From Octopus vulgaris (Eukaryota), in contig OX597820.1 of NCBI GenBank assembly GCA_951406725.2, forward strand, positions 7,254,001 through 7,318,000: DNA of 64,000 bases, in the 5' to 3' direction. Below, piece by piece: positions 26,720 to 40,610 of the stretch. The notes beneath the pieces were generated by a model, which ran no database searches, was not told the origin of the DNA, and worked only from the letters and a program-made list of their open reading frames with translations. The first letter of the stretch is position 1. The number at the start of each line of letters is the position of its first letter. The position numbers and the translations under genes are program-made.

Positions 26720-27330
26720 AAACAACTTCGCATCGCGATCCTTATGACCACGGATCAATTACATCAAGTTGATTTTTCCTTTTATCAAATAAAACTGTGT
26801 GAGAAAATGCAGTGGAGCCATTTCGTGTGCTGTCACGCCCTATTGGTCAGTTGCAATACCTCTGGGTATCACCTTAGCCAAACGTCTTTCACTCGACCAT
26901 CCTCTCCATTTGGGTCCTGTGAATAGATTCGAACTCAAGTTGGCCTGTATTACGTTGGGCATTCCTGTGAGTAGCAATTATTTCCTCATTAGCCACGGCT
27001 AAGTAAATTAAAGGCTGTTGGACTCAACCAAAAGCTTAAGCAATCTTAAATTCCGACGCTGTTTCTACCTTTTATTGCTATTGTTCTGACTATCATCATA
27101 AGATATATTTGGAGGAACGGATCTCACCATACAGCTCTCGTATTACTTTAATATACGGCCGTAACGGAAAGGTTACCGAAAATTCCATTTTCACCATGTG
27201 ATTATCCTCCATCGAATAATCTGTACGTTAAATGATTGCCATCCAATAATCCCTCGACAAAGAGAAATCACTTTTAGAACAACGACCAAAACCGATGCAG
27301 TTTGCGACGCGAACTGAAGTTCTTCATTAT
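26720..27330 (-). mobile_element. Heavily degraded RTE-like LINE 3' ORF remnant
   Basis: Broken minus-strand peptides YESCMVRS..., ...ANEEII, ...SERRLAKVI and ...TKWLHCI resemble post-RT RTE motifs. Confidence 0.4.
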
Positions 27331-27501
27331 GTACGTTTCTAAAAATCAACAAATGCGAAACAGGTTACGTATGTATGTATGTATATATATATATCGTGTG
27401 TGCGTCCGTATACGTACATGTATACATATACGTGCGTGTGCATGTGTGCACACACAGACATTCATATATACATACATATTTTTATATAAAGAAGATACAT
27501 A

Positions 27502-27533
<32 letters not shown>

Positions 27534-27740
27534 ATCATATTACACAGATAAATATTATTTATACACATTTTATTTATACACATTTTATCTATACATACAT
27601 ACATACATACATACATACATACATAATCTCTCCTATCTCTATCCGGATCTCGAAGATGTCTTTATTTCCGACCATTATATTACAATTGTCTCTTGCAGCT
27701 GATTGTAGAAAGAACCATTGAATTAGCAGCAGCAGCAGAT

Positions 27741-27773
<33 letters not shown>

Positions 27774-28174
27774 ATAGTAGTAGCAGCAGCAGCAGTAGTG
27801 GTGGTAGTAGTAGCAGCAAAGGTAGTAGGAGTGGCAGTGTTGGTGTTTCAGTGTGGTGTGTTAGTTGTTGTTGTAGTGATAGTATTGCTTGAATTGTGAT
27901 AGTTGTAGTTGTGGACATTGTGATTGTGATGTGATTTAGTGGTGGTGGTGGCGGCGGTAGTACTTGAAGAGGTGATTATGACTGGGATCTAAATGGTGTG
28001 TTGTTTGCTGTGCTAGAGGTATGCACTTTGTGATGGCATTGATGGTAGTAGCAATGTTAACTGTAACAGTTGCGGTTGTAGTGTTATTTACTGTGATGTT
28101 GCCGGTGGTGACGATGGTGTTGACGAAACTCTAGTCGGTGTAAAGAATTCAATCCGAACCTGTTCATCGATGTG

Positions 28175-28790
28175 TGTCTGCAACGCGTTCTGTTACAGCG
28201 AATATAAACATTCCATCTATCTATCTCAGCCGGGAAGGCAAGGCAGTTTTCATCGTACTGGTGGCCATGGTGAAAAAATATGTGGTGGTGGACTCGAGCG
28301 AAAGGATTAGAGACAAACACTTACCTCTCTGGCCAATCGCTCATCAACTTTTCCAAGTACCACTTGAAAAGGAAGGTGAGAATGGAGAGGCAGGTTTTGA
28401 CTCATGAAAGTTTCAAAAAAAGGTGGGTGAATGTAGCAAAGATGGTGCGTGCGAGTGACGAAACCACTTTGAGCATGATCCAGTAAATCGTAACACAGAG
28501 AGAGAGAGAGAGGGAGAGATAGAGAGAGAGAGAGAGAGAGCACTTTGCTCTGATGTGTTTATTTCCTCCTTGACTGAGGTTACCTCCCTACCTGAGGCTT
28601 TTCTTTCTACGGATGAACCTAATCTTTGTTACTTTGAAAAAAAAATCTTTCTGTGATACACGATCCCTTTTGATTGAAATTTTACATTGTTTCCATTTTT
28701 TTCTTTTTCCTTTTCCATCTTCGAAAAGAAAAGCTTTACATTTGTATTTGTCCCCTCTGTGTCCAGCCCTGTGTGGCCAATAAAGAAAGT
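28175..28790 (+). mobile_element. L1/Tx1-clade LINE 3' end (ORF2 C-terminus plus 3' UTR with AATAAA)
   Basis: SREGKAVFIVLVAMVK / WWTRAKGLETNTYLSGQSLINFSKYHLKRKVRMERQVL..SFKKRWV*, followed by a T-rich UTR ending ...gtggccaataaagaaa before (TCTA)n. Confidence 0.65.
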
Positions 28791-28897
28791 TATCTATCCG
28801 TGTCTATCTGTATTTATGTCTATATATCTATCTAACTCTTTGTCTATCCATTTATCTTTCTATTTATTCTATTGTCTCTCAATAAATCAATCAGTCC

Positions 28898-28982
<85 letters not shown>

Positions 28983-29019
28983 AATATACTGGTGTGTGTG
29001 TGTGTGTGTGTGTGTGTGC

Positions 29020-29266
29020 GGCTATGAAGTCCTTCTTCATCCACCTTACACTCCTGACCTCGCACCATCTGATCTCCACCTCTTTTCAACCTTGAAGTCT
29101 GTTGTTAAGGGGGAAACGCTATTCGGATGATGATGAACTTATCTCAGAAGTAAAGTCTTGGCTTCAGTCGCAACCTAGCAGCTTCTACAGACGAAGTCTT
29201 CCCAGCTGCATAAAGCTATGGGAGAAGTGTTTTACTATTGATGGTGGCTATGTAGAGAAGGACTAA
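29020..29266 (+). mobile_element. mariner (Tc1/mariner) transposase C-terminal remnant
   Basis: GYEVLLHPPYTPDLAPSDLHLF (YSPDLAPSD motif), one frameshift, then KRYSDDDELISEVKSWLQSQPSSFY...WEKCFTIDGGYVEKD*. Confidence 0.9.
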
Positions 29267-29289
29267 TAATTATCCCATGCTTTTATTCT

Positions 29290-29490
29290 ATTACTTGTTT
29301 CAGTGATTTGACTACGGCTATGCTGGAGCACCGCCTGTAGTCGAACAAATCGACCTCGAAACCTAGTCTTTGTATGCCTAGTAATTATTCTATCAGCCTC
29401 TTTTGCCGAATCGCTGAGTTACGGGAACGTAAACTCACCAACATCGTTTTCAAGCGATGGTGTGGGGACAAACACAGACACACAACACAC
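29290..29490 (-). mobile_element. SINE family B 3' half
   Basis: ttacttgtttcagtgatttgactacggctatgctggagcaccgcc... matches 38035-38230. Confidence 0.85.
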
Positions 29491-30685
29491 TTTAACTTCT
29501 TAGAAGTGATAATATATGTGTGAATTTGCATACGTATTCATGTATTTGCGCAAGTGTATGTACATGTATATCTATATACGTGTATGCGTTGATATCTCTG
29601 CGCGTGTTGATGTATATATATATATGGGTATATGCGGGTGTCTGTGTATATTTATATATGGACGTATGGATACATATATATTTGTGTGTATGTGTTCACG
29701 TGCGTACTTGTATGTATACAAATTTTCACAACGTTATAGCTTATAAACGGATATTCCATTCCTTTATTAACTATAAACTCACCTTATTTATATTAAAATT
29801 TCCTCCATCATCTCTATTTAATTTATTCATTTATTTTCTAATTCCATTTACCTACCCTATCTTATTTCCAATCAACTTGTAAACCTGTCGCCCGAATATA
29901 TTACATTACAATCATAAACCGTACCATTGAGTCTGCTATAATGGATCCAGACACACATATAAAACAGCCAAAGGTATTTTTCCATCTGAAGGTATTATGC
30001 ACAGGGCATATAAGTATAAATTTAATATTTACTTAATATTTCTTGAATATGAATTGAAACAGCTGTAAGTGAAGATGATTAATTTGCTATCACCTATCGT
30101 CGTCTTCAGCTATACATACATACATACATACATACATACATACATACATACATACATAAACAAACGTGTGTGTGTGTGTGTGTGCAAGCAAAATAAGATA
30201 AGTTAGAAAATGCTAAAATAATTTTATCATGAATAATATTTTAATTCCGGTATCAGTTTTTGCGAGTATTTCAACTTAGGATAAAGCATGAAAAGCAATT
30301 AAATTAAGAAAAAATTAAATGAATTTAAAAAAAAATTTTTTCGATAGTTTTCAAATGCAAGGGACATTTACTTTTTCCTGTCTCTCTCTTTTTTATTTTC
30401 ATGAGTAAAAGAGAGAGAGAGAGAAAGAGAGAGAGGGGGGAGAGAGAAAGTGAGTTAATATTTACATTTTTCGGAATATATAGTGTTGCTTAATAAATCT
30501 ATTTCCACTTGTGTCGTGTGATACAATTGAAAGGCTGCTATCAGCGGATGCCTTCCCTGACCCCCTTCATCCCCGATGTTCTCTAAGAGTTCTATCTTCT
30601 GTATTATTACTATTACTACAACAACTACTAATGATGATGATCATCATGATCATCATAATCATGATCATCATCATCATCATAATAA

Positions 30686-31019
30686 GAGGAGCATCTTAGC
30701 TGTGTGTTGAAAGGAATTCTTAGAGGTTTGGATAATTCACCTTTGGAAACATGGGTGTTTCGTTCAACATCCTTAAAAAATCTTTATTCAGGGACCTTTT
30801 GAGCGGGATGGGCTACTCGACCAGAAGAAAATTCTAACTGGGTCCCACCTGCAAGGTTATGCGTTGTTTATCTTGATATGAGATCACCATGTTGTGCTCA
30901 TATGTTTGTGATACCTGTGCCAGATGTACCTTTATCAGACGAGTAGACATGATGGGTATATTAGCCTTCGTATATTTTAACCATGTGTCATTTTGATGGC
31001 ATGCACTGCTCTCTCACTC

Positions 31020-31020
<1 letters not shown>
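30686..31020 (+). mobile_element. Repeat family E copy followed by (AAT)n
   Basis: Reverse complement of 18043-18375. Confidence 0.85.
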
Positions 31021-31074
<54 letters not shown>

Positions 31075-31089
31075 TAATAATAATAATAT

Positions 31090-31287
31090 TGAGTAAATAT
31101 GTCGAGAAGGAAAAGGAATAAATAGGGGCTGCACTAAGGGTAGAGCAATTGCAAAAAACAACAGTTTCTAACTGGTCGAATACTCTGGAAGGTGCTCGAA
31201 AGATAAGTGGTGTTACCTCAATTCACTGGTAGTGAACAGCTGACACCGTAGTACATCTCCAGCGTTAGAAGCTGTGCAAAGGCAATA

Positions 31288-31288
<1 letters not shown>
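31090..31288 (+). mobile_element. R4/Dong extreme 3' fragment between (AAT)n tracts
   Basis: Frameshifted RVEQLQKTTV...GRILWKVLER* C-terminal motif plus a short UTR. Confidence 0.6.
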
Positions 31289-32033
<745 letters not shown>

Positions 32034-32233
32034 TGTGCATGCAAACTAAAGAAGTATATCAAAAATTAGATTTGTACTGGTTTCGAGAAGTGAATCGATA
32101 AGAGCTGTATTTGGTACAAAGACATATCTTCTAATATCCTTCAAACATGATCAATCATACTGCTTATAAAATATATTGATCGATTGATTATCATTTCAAT
32201 GCCGATTCAGCGCCGGCTAATGCCAAACAGACA

Positions 32234-32269
<36 letters not shown>

Positions 32270-32686
32270 TTAAAAGGTTAACGAAAAAATTTCACGTGGT
32301 GAATTGTAGTCGAAAACAAAAAAAAAGGAAAATACACAGAAACTTTATGCTGGACAATATGTGTGTGTGTGTGGTGTGTATGTGTGTGGTGTGTATGTGT
32401 GTGGTTGTGTATGTGTCCGTGTGTGAAATAAAATATTTACATAGTCGACCGGATTCGCATAGGTTGATGAAGCTAAAGAACTTAGTGATGATGTTACAAT
32501 TTCACGCTATCATATTAAGTTTTCATTCCATACACGGGGTTAGAAAGTTTGCTGCAACTGTTTTGCAAGCATTCATAGATTACGTCATAGCTTAAATCCA
32601 CCATCCTCACCTAACGTTTTAAAAGTGTATAAACAGGCAACAGAACAATTAGGGATGGCTTATTCACCCAAATACACATGTGTATA

Positions 32687-33076
32687 GGTGGAGGCGCAAT
32701 GGCCCAGTGGTGAGGGCAGCGGACTCGCGGTCGGAGGATCGCGGTTTCGATTCCCAGACCGGGCGTTGTGAGTGTTTATTGAGCGAAAACACCTAAAGCT
32801 TCACGAGGCTCCGGCAGGGGATGGTTGTGATCCCTGCTGTACTCTTTCACCACAACTTTCTCTCACTCTTACTTTCTGTTTCTGTTGTACCTGTATTTCA
32901 AAGGGCCGGCCTTGTCACTCTCTGTGTCACGCTGAATATCACCGAGAACTACGTTAAGGGCACACGTGTCTGTGGAGTGCTCAGCCACTTACACGTTAAT
33001 ATCACGAGCAGGCTGTTCCGTTGATTCGGATCAACCGGAACCCTCGTCGTCGTAACCGATGGAGTGCTTCCATCCG
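32687..33076 (+). mobile_element. tRNA-derived SINE family D, tail variant 2
   Basis: A box tggcccagtggtgagggc, B box ggtttcgattccc; 13-bp TSD acacatgtgtata at 32674-32686 and 33077-33089. Confidence 0.9.
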
Positions 33077-33173
33077 ACACATGTGTATATATACATATAT
33101 ATAGTTCATGTTCCATGTACTCGTGCATCGTATCTTTTGTTGTATACGTTTCGTGTCGTCCTGTGCCCATATA

Positions 33174-33221
<48 letters not shown>

Positions 33222-33302
33222 CGTATAGATATAGGTATGTATAAGTATGCATATATATACACATATAGATATAAGTATATACGTACACGTATGTATATAT
33301 GC

Positions 33303-33335
<33 letters not shown>

Positions 33336-34464
33336 TATACATATATACACATATAAATATAAGTATGTACATACACGTAAGTATATATGCATACATATAT
33401 ATATATATATAATTTTTACATTATTATATGACTGAATGCCACGCATCCCCTTCCAAGTAAGCTTTATCCTAATTCTGATGCGCACTCAATACGATCTTTC
33501 TACTCTTTCGTTTTTCTCTCTTTCTCTCTCTTATTCTTTTACCTCCTCTTCTCCCACCATTCCATCCTATAACACTGTCACTCTCTCTCTCTCTCCCTTG
33601 CACACGTGCCTCCGACGTGACCATCGGTCATCTTTCTTTCTCTTCGTTGTAGCTTGAACAAGAAAGACATGTTCTTATTTGTCTCCTGTCCAAGTTTGAT
33701 TTACGCATTCGCCGCCACAACCTCGTTTAGTCCTTCTGGTTTGTTTTCATTGTAGTGTTTGTGTTACAAATTTTCATCCTCCTCAAAATCCCAAATTTTA
33801 TTTAATTTGCTTTGCGGAAGCAGCTGTTTTATCGAAAGCGTATTTTGTTGTTAAATGCTCGAAACACGAGACTGGAAAAACAGCCAACAACTGATGAAGG
33901 GTCGTTCTAATTTATATACATTAGATAGATAGACAGAGATAGTGAGAAAGAGAGAGAGAGAGAGACTAAAATAAGTAGATAGGTAGATTAATAAGCATCA
34001 AAATGAGGAGTACGCATGAGGAGAGTTGAAATAATTGCTAAATATCCCTCAAGTCTTCTTATAAAATGACGACAGATGAGTCACGGCTGGTTTGCTTCTC
34101 TTTTATTTAATGTATGCTGGACCAGGCATGTCTTAGAGCTCAACAACAACAAACTTGATTTAACAGAATAATGAGTCAAATAATAAAAAGCAATCCACTC
34201 ATGGCCATTCCGCTTTTGACACTGCAAGACAGTGCATTACACATAATATCTAATGAGTCCCTCTGTTTTTCAAATACACAAGTTTTATCTTCGGGTCATT
34301 AGGCTTTTAGTTTTTAGCAATTACCAGTATAACAATCCTATCAGGTTGACTCTTAGGGAGCATATTCATAATCAGAGTCGTTCCATACCCGACCATCTCA
34401 TCTTGTTTTCAGCAAAATTAAGAACTAGATTATCTAATGTGTCTTTTCGTTATTGAAACTACAA

Positions 34465-34805
34465 GTCTCAGGCTTGACTCTGTGGTAAGAAAACACTTCG
34501 GCAAGTGTCTTCTGCCGCAACCCCGGCCCGCCCGATGCGCTTTGAGGGAATTTGTTTGACGGGAACTGAAAGAAGCCTATAGTACACGTGTGTGTGTGTG
34601 TGTGTGTGTGCACGCGCGTGCGTACTTGTGTGTGTTTGTTTCTCTGTATGTCTCCAAGCACCGTTTGACAACTAGTGCCGGTTGAATTTACATCCCCGTT
34701 ACCTAGCGGTTCGGCATAGGGACTGATAGAATAGGTACCAATATTAACAAAATAAGTACTGGGGTCGATTTGTTCGACCAAAACTCTTCAAGGTGGCGCT
34801 CCAGT
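34465..34805 (+). mobile_element. Diverged SINE family B copy
   Basis: ttcggcaagtgtcttctgcc...actgaaagaagcc...(TG)n...tagcggttcggca...ggggtcgatttgttcgac...ggtggcgctccag. Confidence 0.8.
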
Positions 34806-35544
34806 TTGGAATATAAAACTTTGTGATTTCTGATGATTTGGCTGCTACTTTTAGCAGGTCGAGTGACCACGTAAAGGTTTTCTTGTCGTTCCCGTTGAGT
34901 TATGGACCCACGTTGATAGAAATGACTTTAAATCACTATCAGTCGACCAACGCAACAGCAAATTTATATTTATTAATATCAGCAAAACAGAGAAGGTCTA
35001 ATACATTATTTCATAAAGTTTTACCAATTAGATTATTTTAAACGGTGGATTTATTTCCAATTCAAAATTCCATTTTATAATTACAAAATGAAATTATACC
35101 CTCGCTTCAAATCAAAAAAAAAAAAAGAAGAAAAAGTACTAATATCACTAAAGCTTACCAACAATATAAATATTCATAGCCATCAATTTATTTCTGAAGT
35201 AGAAGACAGCGCCCTCTTTTAATTTAGTTTTCAATTACTCTCACCTCCTAGCGTTGAACTATTTCATAAACATTCTATATAATATTTGCCGAAGTAACAA
35301 GGAATGGCGGGGGCTGGGAAGCCATTGATAAGGCAGAAACACGTTGAGTTATTTCCCTTACTTGCTCAACCAAATAATAACGTTACTTAACCACTGATGT
35401 ATCCTTTAATCCCCACATTTTCATACATCCGTGGTTCTTCATGACTGTTAAAGAACTGCATAATAATGAATCGCATTATACATACATAAGCACATGCACG
35501 TATATATACATACACATACACACACAAATACGTGTGTGTGAATG

Positions 35545-35638
<94 letters not shown>

Positions 35639-35829
35639 AAGGGGTTTGTATGATTGTGCATTGAGAGATATATATTATTCAAAGAAATTCCAACTCTGTT
35701 TCTTAATATTTATTTAAATTCTTTATAATACTAATATAGAATATATAGTATAAGTAGTATATATAGTAAAATGAAATGTAGTATTGATTGTCTTATTGAA
35801 TAGATGAAATATTGAATACAAAATATTAG

Positions 35830-35873
35830 GGGACTAGTATACTTTCTTGCATTATAGCAGTCTTCAAGGTCCC
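35830..35873 (-). ncRNA. Minimal type I hammerhead ribozyme-like motif (Penelope-type)
   Basis: Minus strand: GGGAC-C-UUGAAGA-CUGCUAUAAUGCAA-GAAAGUAUACUA-GUCCC, with stem I GGGAC/GUCCC and palindromic stem III AGUAUACU. Confidence 0.5.
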
Positions 35874-35889
35874 TGGAGGTGACAGGAGT

Positions 35890-36063
<174 letters not shown>

Positions 36064-36143
36064 ACATATATAAATATATATATTTAAACATAATAAAACA
36101 GGGTAATAATAAATTATTATTACTGCTAGGCTACTGATAATAA

Positions 36144-36184
<41 letters not shown>

Positions 36185-36939
36185 ATTTATACATCCATAT
36201 ATAGATAGGTAGGTAGATAAAGAGATAGAAACACACTCATACAAGTGTGTTGCTGTGTTGTGTGTGTATGTGTGGCGATTTGAGTAGAGTACGTGCGTGT
36301 GTGTGTGTGTGTGTGTGTATGTTTTGCTTATGATATGAAGCTGGAAAACGATGGAGATTGGAATCGGGCAATATTCACAACCCACCAATTTGCAGAACTA
36401 CACATTTCACTGGTAGCAATTTATATTTTTTCTATCTCCGTCCAAACATGAAAGACCTTGTCCTATATTTCAGCAATCACAGCTTCGTAATAGATTTATT
36501 GTAAAGCCAAGCGCAATCTATTATGCTATAAAGTGACACTAAAATATATAATTTTCAGCTTGGTTTGGATTTAGAGCGGAGGTCTTTTCAATGGAAATAT
36601 ATGAAACTAATTTTTTTGTTTTTGCCCCCGAGGAAAATATAAATTTATAAATTTTAAGAAATGTCAATTATTGTTGAAATTGCCTCCGAGATTGACTCTG
36701 CTTTTAGTTCAGAGTCAATCGTATATATAACATGAGTATAGACACTCATATACATTTAAATATAAATACAGGCACATAGTCACATACATATGAAGGAAAA
36801 CATATAAACAGGCTTAAAATGAAGAAACTTTGTGTGTATATTTATATAAATATACATATAAATACATACATATATATATGTATGCATATATATCTTCAGA
36901 CAGCTCATGAATATATATATATATATAGACACACACACG

Positions 36940-36973
<34 letters not shown>

Positions 36974-37927
36974 CGTTTATATGTTTGTTGTCACCTATAT
37001 ACGACTATATGAGGTGACACAGTAGGTGTTAACTTTATATAAATATTTTTTCAATTATATTTGCTTCCACGTCTCTATGGAAACAAAACGCACAAATAAG
37101 CGCGATAAACACGTACAGAAATACATCATATATGTGTGTGTGTGTATGTATGTATATATATATAAATATATAGACTTATACACACATGTATAAATATATA
37201 TATATATATACACATAAATAGATCTACACACACAGATGTATAAATAAATATATATATATGTGTGTGTAAACTGACCCATATATACACATGCACATACATA
37301 CATACATACATACATACATACATACATACATACATACATACATTACATTACATATATTCATTCAATGCCAGCAAGCTTTCATCCACCAACTCTGATTCGA
37401 ACTCACACCAGCAATATGTCATTAATCATATTTGCGAACATTAAAAAGAAGAGTAATAATAACTGAATATTTCTCTTTTTGTCTTGTTTTGTATATGATT
37501 TCCATCCGTCTCCCCACCTTCCACGCTCAGGAAAATACATGTGAAACCCTTTCAATGGTAAATTCTTCTCTCTCCGAGGTTATTCCTTTCTTTCCAATTC
37601 AAGAGAGTAAAAAATTTCCACATGCTGTCGTAATTAATCCTTTTACAATTTGCTTGTCACTATCAATTTAACCCATATTTTTTTTCTTACTTTTTCCGTG
37701 ACCTGCTTATTAGCAGAATTTGCCGTCTATGAAATTGGGTGCGATTATTGATCCAAGCAAACCAATAACAGCTACAAACGCTTCGATATGGTTTTCCACC
37801 ATTTATCTCACTATCACAACTACATATACTCATTCCCCCACGTTTAAACACTTTTATCCACCCTGTTTATTCTCAGATCTCCACCAGAGCTATAAACAGC
37901 TCTACAATTTTCTTCTACACACCTGTT

Positions 37928-38540
37928 TATATACATCATTGTAAACATCTGTTATACGCATATATTCTCCTTACTGACACATAACCATGGCACTTACCCC
38001 CTACACATCTATCCACAATACATACACATATACTCTTTTACTTGTTTCAGTCATTTGATTGCGGCCATGCTGGAGCACCGCCTTTAGTCGAGCAAATCGA
38101 CCCCGGGACTTATTCTTTGTAAGCCCAGTACTTATTCTATCGGTCTCTTCATGCCGAACCGCTAATTGACGGGGACGTAAACACACCAGCATCGGTTGTC
38201 AAGTGATGTTGGGGGGACAAACACAGACACACAAACACACACACACACACATACACATATATATACATATATACGACAGGCTTCTTTCAGTTTCCGTCTA
38301 CCAAATCCACTGACAAGGAATTGGTCGGCCCGGGGCTATAGCAGAAGACACTTGCCCAAGATGCCACACAGTGGGACTGAACCCAGAACCATGTGGTTGG
38401 TTAGCAAGCTATTTAGCACACAGCCACTCCTGCGCCTATATACATCATTGTAAACATCTGTTATACGCATATATTCTCCTTACTGACACATAACCATGCG
38501 CCTTACCCCCCTCACATCTATCCACACTACATACACATAT
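37928..38540. repeat. 104-bp direct repeats (37928-38031 and 38437-38540) flanking a SINE
   Basis: tatatacatcattgtaaacatctg...catacacatat occurs on both sides, about 6 mismatches by eye. Confidence 0.9.
38032..38436 (-). mobile_element. Full-length SINE family B
   Basis: ggcgcaggagtggctgtgtg head, cttgggcaagtgtc CORE-like box, internal (TA/TG)n, tail ccagcatggccgcaatcaaatgactgaaacaagtaaaagagt. Confidence 0.92.
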
Positions 38541-38905
38541 GTAGCACACTCCTGTTAAACAGTAATTTACACCCGCCTTTACAAAACTATCTACCCTGTT
38601 TCGACCCAGGCCAACCATACACGCATTTACTAAACATGTACGAGACACCAATTCTGCCGATGTATCTTTCGAAGATCCACGCTTACCTCCCAGAGTCATT
38701 CACCATACATGTAAATACAATTATTCTAATATATATATATATTAATAATATTAGGGTAATAAGAATTATAGAAATTATTATTACCAGTGACCTAGAACAA
38801 AAAAAAAGTCAATAGACTATGTATTCTACTGCTCTTTCTAGCACAAGGCTTTCCTATTTGGAAGCCTCTTAATGTGTTCTAATGCACACGATATTTTTAT
38901 ACACG

Positions 38906-39000
<95 letters not shown>

Positions 39001-39384
39001 ATATTCGAAGGATTAAATATAAGGCGACGGAATGGCCTGGGTATATACTTCCCGACATCTATCAAATTACACACATATACACATATATATACATACACAC
39101 AGACAGCTCTATTTGATAGAGGTCTGTGTTTAAACGGCTGTTCAATATACATGTATGCACAGGTATCCCACCATACACACACCTGTCCCTGGTCAATCTT
39201 TCTTTCTACGTAACCATTTCCCGTATACATAACCATACTTATTTTGATTATATATATATACATACATGCATACATACATACATATTCATGTGTGTGTAAT
39301 GCTTATGAATATAGAGAGCTCTTGATCCAGATCAACATACGCAGCCATCTATTATATATGTAAACATAATCATTCTACCACACA

Positions 39385-39430
<46 letters not shown>

Positions 39431-40195
39431 TATATATATATACACATATATATATGCAAATATATATGCATACATATACACATATATAGTATATATATAT
39501 ATATGCATACATATACACACATATATATATATATGCATATACACATATATATATATATGCATATACACATATATATGCATATATATATGCATATATATAT
39601 ATATATGCATATATATATATATATGCATATATATATGTATATGCATATATATATATATATATATACACATATATATATATATATATATATGCATATATAT
39701 ATACACACACATCTATCGCTAGTTGATCTCTCTTCACACATTCATTCTCGACACATGACTATATCGTTATTCGCTCCCATATAAACACACGCTCGCCCAC
39801 CGCGCGTGCGCACAACTGTCATTGGTCAAGAAATAAATACAGGGCGAAAGCAAACAGCTTTAATAGATTAATTTCGGTGGCGAAGATTTTTATTTGATTT
39901 TCAAATATTCAATAGTGTATTAGATTTGCAAGTTTCTGGTCAACCATAAAAATATGACTTGCTACAAGCACGTCATTACATGGCCTTATTTGTTTATGAC
40001 TGCGGGAATGTATTTATCTATTTACTTAATACACGTAAGAGAACAAATGCCGAAAGGCAATAACCTCCGTTTTATACAGCAATCCACATGAAGATAACAG
40101 TGAGCTGGTTGTAAACATGCTTAGAACTGCATCGACGGAGCCGAAAGCTGTTTTACGAAAGCTGCAAAAGCGAATATGGAAATCAACATTCGTTG

Positions 40196-40610
40196 GAGGT
40201 GGCTGTGTGGTAAGTAGCTTGCTAACCAGCCACATGTTTCCGGGTTAAGTCCCACTGCGTCGCATCTTGGGCAAGTGTCTTCTGCTATAGCCCCGGGCCG
40301 ACCAATGCCTTGTCAGTGGATTTGGTAGACGGAAACTGAAAGAAGCCTGTCGTATATATGTATATATATATATATATAAATGTATGTGTGTGTGTGTTTG
40401 TGTGTCTGTGTTTGTTCCCCTAGTATTGCTTGATAACCGCTGCTGGTGTGTTTACGTCCCCGCCACTTAGCGGTTCGGCAAAAAGAGACCGATAGAATAA
40501 GTACTGGGCTTACAAAAAGAATAAGTCCCGTGGTCGATTTGCTCGACTAAAGGCGGTGCTCCAGCATGGCCGCAGTCAAATGACTGAAACAAGTTATAGA
40601 GTAAAAGAGT
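40196..40610 (+). mobile_element. Near full-length SINE family B
   Basis: Same structure as 38032-38436; ends in (gtaaaaga)-type short repeats. Confidence 0.92.

Noticed and set aside
33857-33902. Permuted hammerhead (gaaac...ctgatga)
   Set aside because: There is no valid stem III/UH cleavage site between the boxes; at most it is a decayed Penelope-type terminal fragment.
37430-37700. Penelope GIY-YIG C-terminal remnant
   Set aside because: Only a vague resemblance across frameshifts; not supportable without a profile search.
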